Positions 1 to 10,000 of a DNA stretch of 64,000 nt are shown piece by piece. The stretch is from Schmidtea polychroa (taxonomy: Eukaryota): the NCBI GenBank assembly GCA_044892525.1, contig CM097885.1, positions 2,110,001-2,174,000 on the forward strand, in the 5' to 3' direction. The position numbers and the translations under genes were made by a program. Below the pieces are notes generated by a model. The model saw nothing but the letters and a program-made list of their open reading frames with translations, made no database searches and had not been told where the DNA came from. Position 1 is the stretch's first letter, and the number at the start of each line of letters is the position of its first letter.

Positions 1-228
1 ATTTTCAAGAATCCTAGAGATGCAACTGTCATTGATTTTCTTGGACGACAAGCATACCCTAATAACCGTAATTTTCTTATCAGTGCATTTCAAGATGCCA
101 CGAAAATACCGCATGGGTATATATTTCTCGATTTCACACAACAATGCCCTGATGATATACGGGTAAAAACAGATATTTTCAACCCAAAAGGTGCCATGGT
201 ATATAAACAAAGTTCAAAACAAAGTTGA
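1..228 (+). CDS. Maverick packaging ATPase (A32/FtsK-like), C-terminal part
   Basis: Frame 1 reads IFKNPRDATVIDFLGRQAYPNNRNFLISAFQDATKIPHGYIFLDFTQQCPDDIRVKTDIF..., TGA at 226-228. FKNPRD and DAT..P.GY motifs are typical of Polinton ATPases. Missed by the ORF track because it is 5'-truncated. Confidence 0.88.
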   Translation: MFKNPRDATVIDFLGRQAYPNNRNFLISAFQDATKIPHGYIFLDFTQQCPDDIRVKTDIFNPKGAMVYKQSSKQS

Positions 229-241
229 AAACATATAAATC

Positions 242-736
242 ATGTTTTCAAAAACAAGGATATCGGGTAAAAAACAACCAAAAGTTCCACCAACAACTAG
301 TTATACTCCATCTAAAGATCTTATTACAGAAAATTTTCCTGCAATGAATCTTATTTCGAAAAATCCTAAACCTAAACCTAAAAGTAAAACCACTAAGAAA
401 GTAAAAGTTGTTAAAAATCATCGGAGTTTCCCGTTTTTCAATACATTGTTAAAGGCACCAAGTATGAAAAGAAACAGTATTTTGCAATCATTTCCAAATT
501 ATGTTGTCGATGATTTACTCGATATTATACTTAAAGTAGTCAAAGGCAAGATTAAAATCAGTAAATCTAAAAAGCAATTATTGAGTAAACATAGGAAACC
601 TTTGCTATCATTAGTAAATAATAAAAATCGTCAACAAATGAGAAAAATTATATATAAACAACAAGGGGGATTTATCGGTGCATTGATACCTTTAGCAATA
701 TCATTATTAGGTGGAATAATAGGAAGTCGATCATAA
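242..736 (+). CDS. Maverick small basic protein with C-terminal QQGGF plus hydrophobic tail (putative virion core protein)
   Basis: Lys-rich 164 aa ORF ending KQQGGFIGALIPLAISLLGGII, located between the ATPase and integrase. Confidence 0.7.
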   Translation: MFSKTRISGKKQPKVPPTTSYTPSKDLITENFPAMNLISKNPKPKPKSKTTKKVKVVKNHRSFPFFNTLLKAPSMKRNSILQSFPNYVVDDLLDIILKVVKGKIKISKSKKQLLSKHRKPLLSLVNNKNRQQMRKIIYKQQGGFIGALIPLAISLLGGIIGSRS

Positions 737-739
737 ACA

Positions 740-967
740 ATGGGTGCTAATCCTTCATTACCAGACATTAAATTTAATATTAAATCTTCTTGTTGTAATG
801 GAGAAGATTTGGACGAACCCGGAAGACGAAGCCGGTTTTGGTGGAGTGGCAAAATTAAGGAAAAGAGTTCCGAATTCGAAAAAGGAAACACAGAAGTGGT
901 TATCAGACCAGCTTGCGTACAGTTTGAACAAACCAATGCGGAAACGATTCCCAACAAGAACATATAA
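740..967 (+). CDS. Small overprinted ORF with N-myristoylation motif (MGANPS) and di-Cys
   Basis: ATG in strong context (aacaATGG) 3 nt after the upstream stop. MGxxxS and SSCC motifs. Overlaps the integrase 5' end in another frame. Confidence 0.5.
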   Translation: MGANPSLPDIKFNIKSSCCNGEDLDEPGRRSRFWWSGKIKEKSSEFEKGNTEVVIRPACVQFEQTNAETIPNKNI

Positions 968-1853
968 AACATATGGAATAAATGATTTATGGCAAATGGA
1001 TTTGATGGAGATGATACCCTATTCGAAAATTAACAATGGGTATAAATATATTTTAACATGTATTGATGTATTCAGTCGGTTTGCCCGAGCAATACCCGTC
1101 AAGGCAAAATCTGCAGATGAAATGTCCAAAGCTGTTAATCATTTATTTAAAGATGGACATCCTAAAAACTTGCAAACTGATTTAGGTATTAATATTATTA
1201 TTTTTATTATTATTATTATTATTTTAGGTAAAGAATTCTACAACAGTAAAGTCAAGCAAATCCTCAATAAATTGAAAATAAACCATTACTCAGTACATTC
1301 TCAATACAAAGCTGCTCATGTTGAAAGATTTAACCGAACTTTGAGAGATAGATTAAAGAAATTATTCGTGCATCAAGGTAATAAAAAATGGGTATTGGTT
1401 TTACCAAAAATAATAACCAGTTATAATCACTCATCACATCAAGGACTGAATGGATTAAGGCCGATTGATATCACGTCAAAAACAATCTATTCTAAAAAAC
1501 CTGAAAAAATTACAAAACCGAAATATAAAGTAGGTGACCATGTTAGAATTAGTAAAATTAGTGCATCACCATTTATTAAAAATTTTGATACGAATTGGAG
1601 TGATGAAGTCTTTGTAATTTCAAAAATAAATACTAAACAGAATCCTGTAATGTATGTCATCAAAGACAATGATAACAATATTGTACAAGGAAAATTTTAT
1701 GAACAAGAATTACAAGTTATTCCTCCCCCAAAAGTATTTAGAATTCAGAAGATATTGAAAACTAAAAATAAAGGCAAGGATAAACAATACTATGTCAAAT
1801 GGCATGGTTATCAAAACCCATCATGGATATCAGAAAAGGATCTAGTAAAGTGA
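798..1853 (+). CDS. Retroviral-like DDE integrase with C-terminal chromodomain; predicted intron 1186-1227 (337 aa spliced)
   Basis: WQMDL, CIDVFSR, QTD(L)GKEF after splicing, VERFNRTL, and chromodomain YYVKWHGY..SW. Likely start is ATG 798 (MEKIWTNP..GFGG). Confidence 0.93.
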   Translation: MEKIWTNPEDEAGFGGVAKLRKRVPNSKKETQKWLSDQLAYSLNKPMRKRFPTRTYKTYGINDLWQMDLMEMIPYSKINNGYKYILTCIDVFSRFARAIPVKAKSADEMSKAVNHLFKDGHPKNLQTDLGINIIIFIIIIIILGKEFYNSKVKQILNKLKINHYSVHSQYKAAHVERFNRTLRDRLKKLFVHQGNKKWVLVLPKIITSYNHSSHQGLNGLRPIDITSKTIYSKKPEKITKPKYKVGDHVRISKISASPFIKNFDTNWSDEVFVISKINTKQNPVMYVIKDNDNNIVQGKFYEQELQVIPPPKVFRIQKILKTKNKGKDKQYYVKWHGYQNPSWISEKDLVK

Positions 1854-2861
1854 ATTTTTATACTATTTTACCAAGCAATAGTTGCCCGCTTATTCATCCA
1901 GATAATCAAGCCAGTAAATTCATGGTCAATCTCCAGAATCCGATTTCTTTAAATGGTGACTGGGAAGTTGCACTGCAAGATTTTACATTCGTGTACAATA
2001 CATTCCCATTTTATAGTCAATGTAAGATTGATTTCAAAAGGAATGCTATGAAAACATGTAGTGGTATCTTTATTATCAGTAATTATGATAAAACATATCA
2101 TATTCCGAATCAAATATTAGATCAGCATTGCACTATGTTTTACAAGGATGGATTAAATATCAGTTGTGATTTTAAACCATTTACAATAACATTCGAATAT
2201 ATTGAAGATGCCAGACGAATGGGTTGCAATAAGTTGAAAAATGAAGTTATGGAAACAGAATATTTATTACGCTTTGATCTATTTGAAGCAAACAGTGTAA
2301 TGAGAGAAGAAATCAAAATTTCAGTGTCGTATAATAATGAAGTTGAAGAATCATTCACCTTCGCTGACGAATTATATATTGATAAACTTGATGTGTTACT
2401 TAAATATTTAAAGTATAATTGTTCACACATATTTAAAAGTTTGGACATTGTGAAAGATTTGTTATTTACCTTCAGTTTGAATGATGACATTTGCGAAGTT
2501 ACATTTGATAAAAATTTGACAAATACACTTGGATTAGAGAAGCAGCAATATCGGGAAAAATCGGCTGGTATACGTAAACCAAGAATACTTGAACATCATC
2601 AACAAATGTTCATATATACTAATATTATTGAGCCTATAATAGTTGGTGATTCCAGTGTTCCTCTATTGAAATCGGTGTGGATTGGAAAATATGAACATGA
2701 TGAAGTTGTCAATATAAATATAGATAATCCCATAACCAATTTCAAGCTCATGTATAAACAATATAGAAATAAATATTCGTGACGATAGTGGAAAACTTAT
2801 AAACTTCCCAAAAGACTCAAAAACTCATTTGACACTACATTTTCGTAAAGTAGATGGCTAA
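1823..2861 (+). pseudogene. Minor capsid (penton-like) gene, frameshifted near 2733
   Basis: N-terminal FYTILPSNS...L.G.WEVAL and later FIYTNIIEP.IVGD...PLL. The conserved tail PISSSCINNIEINIRDDSGKLINF...LTLHFRK continues in a shifted frame to TAA 2859-2861. Confidence 0.82.
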
Positions 2862-3222
2862 TTCCGATATTATTAGTATGTATAGTGATAGCCAATCTGG
2901 CGGTGAATTACCATATTTTATTGGTAAACAGTACGGATCAGGTTGGTTAAAAACAATAGGGAGATTTGCACTTCCTATTCTTAAACGTATTGGTAGTTTT
3001 GGTATGAAAACTGCAAAAGATGTGATTATGAATGAACAGAAAATATTACCATCCCTAAAAACAAATGCTTTAGCTGAATTAGGTAAGGTTCTACCTGGAG
3101 TTGCTGGTATGTTTCAAAAAGATACGCCTCCAGCCCCGGCTCATGCTCCAAAACGTAAAGGACATGGAATAACACGTATAAACAAACGAATGAAAGGACA
3201 TGGAACTATATTTGCAAAATGA
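2854..3222 (+). CDS. Maverick core/membrane-active-like small protein
   Basis: QSGG.LPYF.G.QYGSG followed by amphipathic WLKTIGRFALPILKRIG and a basic C-terminus; lies directly upstream of the major capsid gene. Confidence 0.7.
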   Translation: MANSDIISMYSDSQSGGELPYFIGKQYGSGWLKTIGRFALPILKRIGSFGMKTAKDVIMNEQKILPSLKTNALAELGKVLPGVAGMFQKDTPPAPAHAPKRKGHGITRINKRMKGHGTIFAK

Positions 3223-4442
3223 TTTGTGGTAAATCCGAATTATGTATATTTGATAGACCGTCGCCCCAGGCAGTAATAGAATTTGGTGCCTTTGAGGAAG
3301 TTTTTCCTATGAATTCAATTACTGATAGTAGAAATGATATCGAGTTTTATATTAATGGTTCGCAAACTGAATATTTAGATTTGAACGATACTTTATTGAC
3401 TGTTCAGATCAAGGTTGTAGATAAAGATAGAAAGGTTTTGGATGCCAATGCGGATGTATTACCAAACAATTTCATGTTTCATACTCTGTTTAAAGATGCA
3501 GTGTTGGGATTTAATAATATCAAGATTGAGGGTGGAAATAATACATTCATTCACAAGGCTTTGATAGAAACTATTTTAAATTACAATTCAGATACTAAAA
3601 ATACCTGTCTTACACCTATGGGTTATGCAGCAGCAGATGATGAAAGAAAAAAGTGGGTTAAAGGTTCAAAAGTATTCACTATGTGCTCATCATTACAACT
3701 TGATTTTATGGATCAACCGAAATATTTACTACCGGGAGTTAATATACATATTAGACTGAAAAGATCTGATTCTGCATTGTCTCTTACTAGTGCAACTGGT
3801 GCACCAATATGTCAATTAGTTGATGCAAAATTATTGGTGAGAAGAGTTCGAGTAGACCCGTCAGTATTAGCTGGTCATCAATTGGGTCTTAATTCAAAAC
3901 ATGCAATTTATCCTTTAAAAACAAAGGAAATTGTACAATTTGCTATTGCTAAAGGTGCTTCATCATTCTATAAAGAACAAATATTTGGTGACAGAAGAAT
4001 GCCTAATTTTATTCTGGTAACATTTCAAAGTGAAACGCAATATAATGGATCGTATACTGCTTCCAGCTCAATTTTCAAAAATTTTGGTGTTACTTCATTG
4101 ACTTTATCGAAAAATACTGATTATAGAGAAACATATACTCAAGATTTCGAGAATGATAATTACTGTGCGACATATATGCAGAGTATTGTTAGAAATCTGG
4201 GTTATTTAGATAAAAACTTGAATTGCGGAATAACTCTTGAAGAATTTAAAAGCAAATACCCATTTTTCACATTTGTTCTAGCTCCCGATTTTGATTTAAA
4301 TCAGAGTCAATTACCACAAAACGGGAATTTACGACTGGATATAAAGTTTGCAAAGGCCATTACTGAACCGGTACATGTTATTATATATGGAGTATTTGAA
4401 AATGAAGTTCAAATTACTGCAAATAGAACCGTGCTAGTATAA
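3219..4442 (+). CDS. Major capsid protein (double jelly-roll, hexon-like)
   Basis: Intact 407 aa ORF with CGKSELCIF..P.Q, YLDLNDT.L, QPKYLLPGV and GNLRLDIKF motifs typical of Polinton MCPs. Confidence 0.9.
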   Translation: MICGKSELCIFDRPSPQAVIEFGAFEEVFPMNSITDSRNDIEFYINGSQTEYLDLNDTLLTVQIKVVDKDRKVLDANADVLPNNFMFHTLFKDAVLGFNNIKIEGGNNTFIHKALIETILNYNSDTKNTCLTPMGYAAADDERKKWVKGSKVFTMCSSLQLDFMDQPKYLLPGVNIHIRLKRSDSALSLTSATGAPICQLVDAKLLVRRVRVDPSVLAGHQLGLNSKHAIYPLKTKEIVQFAIAKGASSFYKEQIFGDRRMPNFILVTFQSETQYNGSYTASSSIFKNFGVTSLTLSKNTDYRETYTQDFENDNYCATYMQSIVRNLGYLDKNLNCGITLEEFKSKYPFFTFVLAPDFDLNQSQLPQNGNLRLDIKFAKAITEPVHVIIYGVFENEVQITANRTVLV

Positions 4443-4854
4443 ATGTATACAGAAACATCAAAAAGTTGTCATGGAGTAAGTTTTTCAATACTGTTTAATT
4501 TATTAAAGTAGTTCTGTTCAGGTCAATAGAATTGGAAAACAGATATTGGGAAATGAATTTGTAGGAGTTTTTCCTCTCGATAAAATTCCATATTTGAGCA
4601 ATAATCAAGCCATAATCGTCAATACTCAATCGTCTCATCTTGGTGGAGAACATTGGATTGCTATATATGTGAAACCTAGTAATATATTCGTGTTCGATCC
4701 TATGGGTTTCTATTACCCTGCTTTGTTGGTATCAAAACTACAAACAATGGGGAAACCTATTGTATATAATAAAACAATGTTTCAAAATCCCTTGACACAA
4801 ACATGCGGTCAACATTGTTTAGCTTGGTTGTTGTATAAAAAATTTGATGATTAA
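4443..4854 (+). CDS. Adenain-like cysteine protease; exons 4443-4475 and 4522-4854 (121 aa)
   Basis: FVGVFPLD, GEHWIA, FDPMG and Q....TCGQHC supply His/Asp/Gln/Cys. ATG directly follows the MCP stop; a GTAAGT...TTCAG intron removes an in-frame TAG. Confidence 0.85.
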
Positions 4855-4874
4855 TAAATGTATTTTGTATCCTT

Positions 4875-4879
4875 TGTTG

Positions 4880-4935
<56 letters not shown>

Positions 4936-4953
4936 TTATTATTATTATTATTA

Positions 4954-4990
<37 letters not shown>

Positions 4991-5020
4991 ATTATTATTT
5001 TATTATTATTATTATTATTA

Positions 5021-5063
<43 letters not shown>

Positions 5064-5076
5064 ATTATTATTATTA

Positions 5077-5126
<50 letters not shown>

Positions 5127-5146
5127 ATTATTATTATTATTTTTTT

Positions 5147-5177
<31 letters not shown>

Positions 5178-5253
5178 ATATTATTATTATTATTTTTATT
5201 ATTATTATTATTATTATTAATATTATTTTTATTATTATTATTATTATTATTAA

Positions 5254-5284
<31 letters not shown>

Positions 5285-5285
5285 T
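4875..5285. repeat. (ATT)n microsatellite inside the element
   Basis: Imperfect ATT array with a poly-T run. Confidence 0.95.
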
Positions 5286-5387
5286 TTAATTAAATTTATT
5301 TTGAAAAATATTATTATCTAACTACACAATCATTGTGCATGCACAAAGTCATGACTAACAAAGATATGCAATCCCATTTGATACCAT

Positions 5388-5474
5388 TTGATTGGCTGAT
5401 AGAGGAAAAAGTATTCAGGAATGTGTCTTAATTCTGATTGGTTGAGACATGGAAATATTCATGTTCTATATAAA
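5388..5474 (+). promoter_or_regulatory. Putative Pol II promoter for the spliced pPolB unit
   Basis: Two inverted CCAAT boxes (ATTGG at 5391 and 5437) and TATATAAA at 5467, about 80 nt upstream of ATG 5551. Confidence 0.6.
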
Positions 5475-5550
5475 CATTGACAAATTCCAAATTCATCACA
5501 ATTTTATCAAAATTTTCAATTTCTGATTTTTCAAAATTACAAACTTTAAA

Positions 5551-6094
5551 ATGTCTAACAATAACAACAACATATTAAGAAGTCTATTGACTACCGGTAA
5601 TTTTATTATTTATTTATTTATTATATTTTATTCTTTATTTTTTAGATGTGTTCGATTGGTATCAAGTTACTGAGGACGAAAGAATTTTGAATGTTGATAG
5701 GATTTTCGGTAAATTTAAATATTTTATTTTTTATGAAATTATTATTTTATTTAGAACCTATTATAATTAGCGACGATGATGATGTCGTATTTATTGGGCA
5801 AACTAATGCCCCAGTTTCCTGTAATGTTTTTAATGAACAAAGTAAATTTATTTTATTTTAGTATATTATTTTTTAAAAATCATTTTAGTGTTTAATGTTG
5901 ACATGGACGCTGAAATCGATGTTCCAATTAATAATGATTCTATTGAGGAGATGAATAATGCACTGACTTCTATCGATGAGCTGAATTATGTGGATAATAC
6001 AATCGAGGAGCTTGTTAATGTGGATAATGCCCTCACTTCTATTGAGGAGGTTGCTGATAATGAATCAGATTCCGACATGGAATCACGATGTTAG
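5551..6094 (+). CDS. Four-exon acidic module (5551-5596, 5646-5708, 5755-5841, 5889-6089/6094): a 133 aa protein or the pPolB N-terminus
   Basis: Three 46-49 nt GT-AG phase-1 introns keep the frame open: MSNNNNNILRSLLTTDVFDWYQVTEDERILNVDRIFEPIIISDDDDVVFIGQ... Confidence 0.78.
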
Positions 6095-6250
6095 TATTTA
6101 TTTATTTTTATATATTTATTTTTTTTTTTAAAAACCTTGTAAATTTCTTAAATACTTTTTAAACATTTTCTTTAAAAACTTATTTATAAAAACTTATTAT
6201 GAAAATGAAGAAAATATTATGTTGAAATTGAAAATGTTATGTTGACTAAA

Positions 6251-6383
6251 TGATGAAAATATTATGATGAAGAAAATGATGAAAATATTATGATGAAGAA
6301 AATGATGAAAATATTATGATGAAGAAAATGAAGAAAATATTATGATGAAGAAAATGATGAAAATATTATGATGAAGAAAATGT
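6251..6383. repeat. 26-bp tandem repeat
   Basis: About 5 copies of gaagaaaatgatgaaaatattatgat. Confidence 0.9.
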
Positions 6384-6509
6384 TTAAAAAGTATTTAAGA
6401 AACAATAGTTTTAAAATATTCCTTGTAGTTTGCAATGAGCAACTACATTAGTTAAAATAATAATAATAATAATAATAATAATATTAAAAATAGTAATAAA
6501 AATATATCT

Positions 6510-6955
6510 TGTAGTCTGCAGTGAGCATGCAGCTACATATCTCTTTTATCATGATTGCCCCAATAAATGTAGTCTGCAGTCAGCATGCAGCTACATATCT
6601 CTTTTATCATGATTGCCCCAATAAATGTAGTCTGCAGTCAGCATGCAGCTACATATCTCTTTTATCATGATTGCCCCAATAAATGTAGTCTGCAGTGAGC
6701 ATGCAGCTACATCAAACTAATTATTTATTACGTAATACATACCCTTTATTAAATGTGTCTAAATGCAGCTGCGTCAAACTAAATATTTATTACGTAATAT
6801 ATACCCTTTATTAAATGTGTCTAAATGCAGCTGCAACAAACTATTTATTACGTAATAATTAACCCTTATTAAATATAGTCTGCATGCAGCTGCATCAACT
6901 ATTTATTATGTAATAATTATAATCTTTAAATGTAATCTGCATGCAGCTGCATCAA
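6510..6955. repeat. 58-bp hairpin-bearing tandem repeat followed by related ~60-bp units
   Basis: Units start at 6510, 6568, 6626 and 6684 (tgtagtctgca...tgcagctaca). Later units carry TTACGTAA and CAGCTG. Confidence 0.9.
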
Positions 6956-7080
6956 TAATGATAATAATGATAATAATAATAATAATAATAATAATAAAAT
7001 CACACATTTATAGTTTACAAGACTTTATTAATATAAATACAATTTCATGATTAATATTAATTGATAAATATAATTAACAG

Positions 7081-10000
7081 GCAAATTATATCCACATTAC
7101 TGCCAGGCTTCAACTGGTCACTCAAATTTATGTCACAAAGTGATGAAAAAATATTATGGTCGTAAATTTTATGGCATCAAGTACTATATATGCCCAATAT
7201 GCGAGACTTCCCATAGCATTAAATATTTAGAGTTTTACAGTATACATAAATCCCATTTAAATCAGTTCTCTTTAAATAAAAAGGATTTATTTAACAAATT
7301 GCGAAATACCGCAAAACCTATAATTAAAACTAATGTAAATAATACAAAACCTGTAAATAATAATACAAAACCTGTAAATAATAATACAAAACCTGTAAAT
7401 AATATTACAAAACCTGTAATTAATAATAATACAAAACCTGTAAATAATATTACAAAACCTGTAAATAATAATACAAAACATGTAAATAATATTACAAAAC
7501 CTGTAAATAATAATAATACAAAACCTGTAAATAATATTACAAAACCTGTAAATAATAATACAAAACATGTAAATAATATTACAAAACCTCTAATTAATAA
7601 TGTTATTAATGTAAATAATAATTTAAAAAGACCTGCTGTTAGTATTGGGTCTGATGCTCCCTCTAAAATAAATAAATTAGAACAAATAACTGTGGTTAAT
7701 AATATTCAAGTAGGCGGTTCAGTCGATATTGACGATGAACCTGAAATCGAAATTGATTTTAAGGGGGTTCGAAAGAATCTAAGATTTAATGTAGAAAAGG
7801 ATAACATCATTCAAATATCCATAACCGATAAAATCGTTAATAAGTTAAAACATGAAATAATCAGAATGGGGTCGGTGAAAATACAATTCTCTGTATTGAT
7901 TCAATTTGAAAAAGATGGTGAAATTAAAGATAATTTCTTCTCGAATAGGGCAGAGGCTTTTTCAGATAGTTTTCTAAGTGAGGGGGTTCACAAATTAAAT
8001 AATAAAATAGAAAAATTCACATATTTGGGTAGTGGATGGCGGGTTGTTAAAATCAAAGAAATAGATTTTATATTAACAAAATTTACACATATGAATAGGC
8101 TAGCTGGACATAGTTACATCCCCACCCCATCATCTTTAAAATCTAAAAATGCAATAGTAAATGTTAAAAACACCGATGATATGTGCTTTATATATAGTAT
8201 TTTAGCACTTTTAAAACGTAATGTCGTACATAGTCATAGGAACCGTGTTAGTTCCTATGAAAATTATCTTGACGAGTTAAATTTTGACCCCATTTCCGAC
8301 TGTCCAATGAAACTATGTGATATTCCTAAATTCGAGATGAAAAATAAGGATTTAAATTTAGCAATAAATGTTTTAACTTATAGAACGACCCCTGCTAAGC
8401 CTTTTGAAAATATAGTTGACGATAATTATATTCCACATCATCCTCAATTAGATATTATTCACCGATCTAAGGTTATAGGTGGTGAACCCATATACTTACT
8501 TTTATTGGAAGACGGTGATAATTTTCATTACACCGCAGTTTTTAATTTGCAAAGACTAATGAATTGTCGCTCTAGCAGTGAATGTGGCGTTAGACTTCAA
8601 GTGAACTGGTGCCCCCATTGTCTTAACGGATTTAGACATAAAAATGCATTTGATATTCATGTCGCCTTATGCATTAAAAACCAGATAGGTACTACTTTAT
8701 ACACGCTACCCAATGATAAAAATTTAATTTTTCAAAATTATGCGAAAACCATAACCCCACCATTCGTGATATATGCAGACTTTGAATCAATTTTACCGGG
8801 GGATATAATACACCATCAAAAGCATTTGCCAATAACAGCAGGTTTATTATTAATAAATAATTATAATAACTCTAAATTTTATTATGAGTTTGTTGGGGAT
8901 GATTGCATCTTATCTTTCTTGCGTAAGGTGGAGGAAATTGCTATGACAATTGTCCTGCCATATTACGAAATTAATGGGAAAAAGCCCATGCAAACCTTGT
9001 CTTTCGCTGAAGAGCGGGCCTTTCGTGATTCCAGAACCTGCTACCTTTGTAAAAAATTCATTAAGAATAGAGTTAGGGATCATTGTCACTTTTCAGGTAA
9101 GTATCTTGGTGCTGCCTGTAGGAAATGTAATGTTTCTCGACGAATTCAGAAACAGTTACCTGTGGTTTTTCACAATTTGAGGGGGTATGATCTTCATCAT
9201 ATTTTGAAGTATGGTTTGAATAATTTTCCTTCTTGGGAATTAAATATTATTCCGACCACTACTGAGAAATTCATCTCTCTTATCGCGTACATTAACAAAT
9301 TGTCTGTTCGTTTTATTGACAGCATGCAGTTTGTTAATTCATCTTTAGCAAAAGCGGTTAAGACTCTTTCCGATCTGCCTTTAACTTCTTCTGTTTTCGA
9401 TGGCGCAATTGTTCGAGCCAAAGGTATCTTTCCTTATGACTTTGCCACATCTCTTGAGGTTCTGGAATCGACTCTTGAATTGCCTCCTATTTGGGATTCT
9501 GTGTCTAATGATGAATATGCATTAGCCCAAGTTATTTGGACTCAGCAAAACTGCAACAACATGTTAGATTACATGTTAATCTACCTTAAATTAGACGTGT
9601 TTCTCCTCGCAGACTATTTTCAACAATTCCGTGAAAAGGCCATTGCTTACAATGGTCTTGAGCCTCTTAATTTCTATGGCATTCCCGGTATGTCTTGGGC
9701 CTCTGCGCTTATGACATTAACGGAACCCATTGAACTTCTGCAGGACATGGAAATGTTTAATTTCTATGAAGGAGGGATACGGGGTGGGTTAACATTTGTT
9801 AACAAACATTATGTTGCAAGTTCTGAAGACACAGAACTCTTGTATATTGATATTAATAACTTGTATGGTTGGGCCTTAAGCCAAAATCTGCCTTATGCTG
9901 ACTTTGTTTGGGTGTATGATGATCTTGATTCTGTCTTGAATGAATGTATAAATGCTGATATCGATAACCTTCCATATGGCTATACTATGGAGGTAGATAT

